Below, piece by piece: positions 60,660-64,000 of a stretch of DNA of 64,000 nt. Location of the stretch: NCBI RefSeq assembly GCF_009914755.1, contig NC_060931.1; one strand, written 5' to 3'. The DNA comes from the human T2T-CHM13v2.0 reference genome, Homo sapiens. Position numbers and translations under genes: made by a program. The notes below the pieces were generated by a model. It was not told the origin of the DNA. It did no database searches and worked only from the letters and a program-made list of their open reading frames with translations. Position 1 is the first letter of the stretch, and each line of letters begins with the position of its first letter.

Positions 60660-61080
60660 GCTCATTTACTCACTCATTCGTGCATTCAGTAAACATTTAC
60701 CAAGGGTCTACCACGTGCCAGGTATTGTACAAGGCAGACAGAATTATAAGATATGGTCTCTATCCTGAAGTAGTTTGCAAGGAGGAGTCGCAAACAGATT
60801 AAAAATATTTAAAGCCCAAAAGTGAGAAGCGCTCTGACAAGTAGAAAACACTGAAAAAGAACAGGAGAGATGGGATTCACTTGCCCTGGGGAGAGTCAGA
60901 GCAGGTTTCATACGGACAGACCTGTGAGCTCAGCTTGAAGGAATGTGACATGTTGAAAGGCAAAGAAAGGGTTGAAATGGGTTTCCCAAACTTTCAGCCA
61001 AATATGAAAGGAGACAGGAGGAGGGGAATGGGTTACCTTTCTTTGCACAGAGGGAATTTAAGGCCAGAGAAGCTAATGAC
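60660..61080 (-). mobile_element. L2 fragment
   Basis: cattcagtaaacatttac...ctaccacgtgccagg...atggtctctatcctgaag...gagctcagcttgaaggaatg. Confidence 0.7.
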
Positions 61081-61770
61081 AAGCCCAGTGTCCACCGCAG
61101 CCACAAAGAAAAAGGGCTGTGGCAGCAGCTGGGCCCCTTCCTCTTATCTGTAGTCACACAGAGAACACAGTTGATGACAAGCCTTGCCAACATGCCCTTA
61201 GCCACTTTAGGGGAGGACAGGTGCAAACATTTTCATATAACTCCATACTCAGCCTACACTCTTTAAAAAGTTATGTTTGTATCAGGATATATCATTGGAA
61301 CATAAATTTTATCCACATCCTTTAAAATAGTTACAATTTGGTTTTGCCCTGTTTTTGGCCTAAGAATTTCAAAGCCTTTGTTGGTGTTGAATTTAGGATC
61401 ACAAAGGTTTGTAATCAAACAACGTCCTTGCCTCAAAATAGCTTCCTTCTAGCCAGGGAAGTATTAGAGGGGGTCTTGCCTAGCTATAGCAGATAAAGGC
61501 TTATTCCTGGAAGCTTGCTGAAGGCAGAGAAGCTCCTATTCCCTCCTCCCCAAATTCTAGCAAAGCCAGGTGTGTCTCTACAATATCCAGTGCTGACCTC
61601 TTTTGCACAATTTCTTGGCCTAAGCAACTTTCTTAGGTCTTTAACCCTCCCTTGCCCCAAAATGTGCAGATGAATAGGTTGTCATAAAGCATATTTGATG
61701 TTATTTTAGTCAGTGTCTAATATTTTTGTATCACAACCGTATTTCTTAGAGTTCTAAAATATAGCCCTCA

Positions 61771-62097
<327 letters not shown>

Positions 62098-62992
62098 CTA
62101 CATTATTCCAAACTCTGACAATGTTAACAATGAATATCCATTCTTTATTCTTTTTAAAAATATATTCATTCTTTCAACAGCATTTATCCAACAGTGAGGC
62201 AACGGGTTAGTTATCCCCTCAATGCCCATTGTCTCCTTCTTCCACTTTAGCTGGGCTCATGGCCACCCACCCACAGATGGTATTTCCTAGTATCCTAGGT
62301 GTGGCCACATGACTACATTTATCAGAATGGAATGTCAGTGAAATCTCCAACTATATTGTAAATTCCTGATGATCAGAAACCCTGTCTAACATATATTTTA
62401 TTTCCAACAGTACCCATCCAGTATTATGTTAATAAATGTTTGTTGATCTAGCTTTTTATCTTGACTAATGTTTCATCTATACTATATATTTTGCATCAGA
62501 AATAAATTTTATGATTCTAGAAACATGAAAAAGAATAGAATGTAAATGGAAGTAATGTGTACAACTTACAAATCATTTACTTCACAGGAAATTGCTTGCT
62601 CTCCATTTTTGCTCTACTCCTCTTCCTAAAAACTGAAATAGGGATGTGGAGCTGACACAGCTTCAACCATGTAGAAAAGACTAGGGAATGTCAGAGCAGC
62701 ACAGTGAAAGAAACAGATTCTGAATGACTTCACATGCTGAGGTACCCCACCAGTGTAGATGCTTACATTCCTCTAACATGTTACATACAAGAGAATTAAA
62801 CTTCAGCCATATTTAAGCCACTTAATTTTTTGGTTTCTTTGTCACAGTAGCTTAGCTGGACCCTAGTTAATATAAACATTTATTCAATGTCTTTTGAGCG
62901 TTTACTATGTGACAAGAACTGTCTTCTGGGTAAACATAAAGTGGCGAATAAGCGGAAAAGCTCCCAGAACACAGGTTGCTTATAGTCTAGAA

Positions 62993-63217
62993 CAGGGGTG
63001 TCCAATCTTTTGGCTTCCTGGGGTCACATTGGAAGAAGAAGAATTGTCTTGGGCCACACATAAAATACACTAACACTAATGATACCTGATGAGCTAAAAA
63101 TATATATCACAAAAAAAACTCATAATGTTTTAAGAAAGTTTACAAATTTGTATTGGGCCACATTCAAAGCCATCCTGTGCTACATGCAGCCCATAGGCCA
63201 TGGGTTAGACAAGCTTG
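62993..63217 (+). mobile_element. MER30 (hAT-Charlie) inserted in an L2 fragment
   Basis: caggggtgtccaatcttttggcttcc...gggttagacaagcttg; 8-bp TSD gtctagaa / ctctagaa. Confidence 0.92.
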
Positions 63218-63639
63218 CTCTAGAAAGTGATATTAACAAAAAATGTAAAACTAAATTTTTAAACTGCGCTAAGTATGAAAAGGAAACAAAGAGAATGCTG
63301 AAGTAGAATATAACAGAGAAGGATACATTCTGAGTAGAATAGTCCACTAAGGCCTCCCTGAGGAAGCATCATTTAGCTAAGGCCTCAAGGTCATAGAAAG
63401 AAATGGAGAGAGGGAGTCCATTCTAGCATGCAAAGAAAGACCCAAGGCAAGAAAGAGCTTGGCTCTTTGAATCAAGCTCAACCACTCACCTAACACAATT
63501 ATAGATGCTCAATCAGGGTCTCCACAGATGCCTTCATGACATTCTCAAATAAAGAAAGAAAGTAGAGAGAGAGAAGAGAAGAAAGAGGAAAGGTAAGAAA
63601 AAAAAAGAAATTTCTAGTCAATCAAACCAGTTAGGGAAA

Positions 63640-63875
63640 AGAGTAGAGAGTGTTATTAAGAATGAGCGCTTGGGAGTCAGGCAGCTGAGTTTAAAAGTGG
63701 ACTTTGACATTTCACAGCTGGGTGACCTCTCATCTTTGGTTTCCTCTTCTGTAAAATGTGGGTTATAATGGCACCTACACCTCATAAGGTTGTGAAGAGG
63801 ATTTAAATGAGTCAATCCATGTGAAGTACTTAGCACAGTGCCCAGCACAATGTAAGTGATCAACAAGTGTCAACT
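63640..63875 (+). mobile_element. MIR
   Basis: gtttcctcttctgtaaaatg...cacctcataaggttgtg...cttagcacagtgcccagcaca. Confidence 0.85.
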
Positions 63876-64000
63876 ACTGCTATACATATAGGAGCTTCAG
63901 AAGAATAAATACTCAAGCTGATACGATGGGAAGGCTTTAAAATAAAATAGAAAATAAATTATGCTCTCCAACTCAGCTGGATAAATTTGTGTTTTCTTGG

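Overview
Human-like (primate) genomic DNA, very rich in repeats: about 60 Alus plus L1, L2, MIR, solo LTRs, DNA-transposon fossils and one full-length SVA. I find no intact protein-coding gene; most ORFs in the track are Alu, SVA or L1 read-throughs. Two processed pseudogenes are clear: TPM3 (Tpm3.1 isoform, ~3550-6375, split by three Alus) and NHP2 (28025-28803, 16-bp TSD). From memory, a TPM3-then-NHP2 retrocopy pair ~24 kb apart matches TPM3P4/NHP2P2 in the SKAP2-HOXA1 interval on 7p15.2, just 3' of HOXA. That placement is an inference to confirm by BLAT. The best leads are: (1) two perfect retinoic-acid response elements in unique DNA, a DR5 at 51698-51714 and a DR2 at 59623-59636, plus two one-mismatch DR5s; (2) an SVA inside two nested TSD pairs, recording two retrotransposition rounds; (3) a 37-bp unique sequence copied twice in inverted orientation ~1.35 kb away, across inverted Alus; (4) a THE1 LTR with TATA-like box, DUX4-type motif and splice donor, upstream of a well-defined 150-nt candidate exon; (5) a possible CR1/L3 ORF1 esterase fossil. 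I cannot support a wholly new gene system. Repeat subfamily labels are by eye and boundaries are approximate unless TSDs are quoted.
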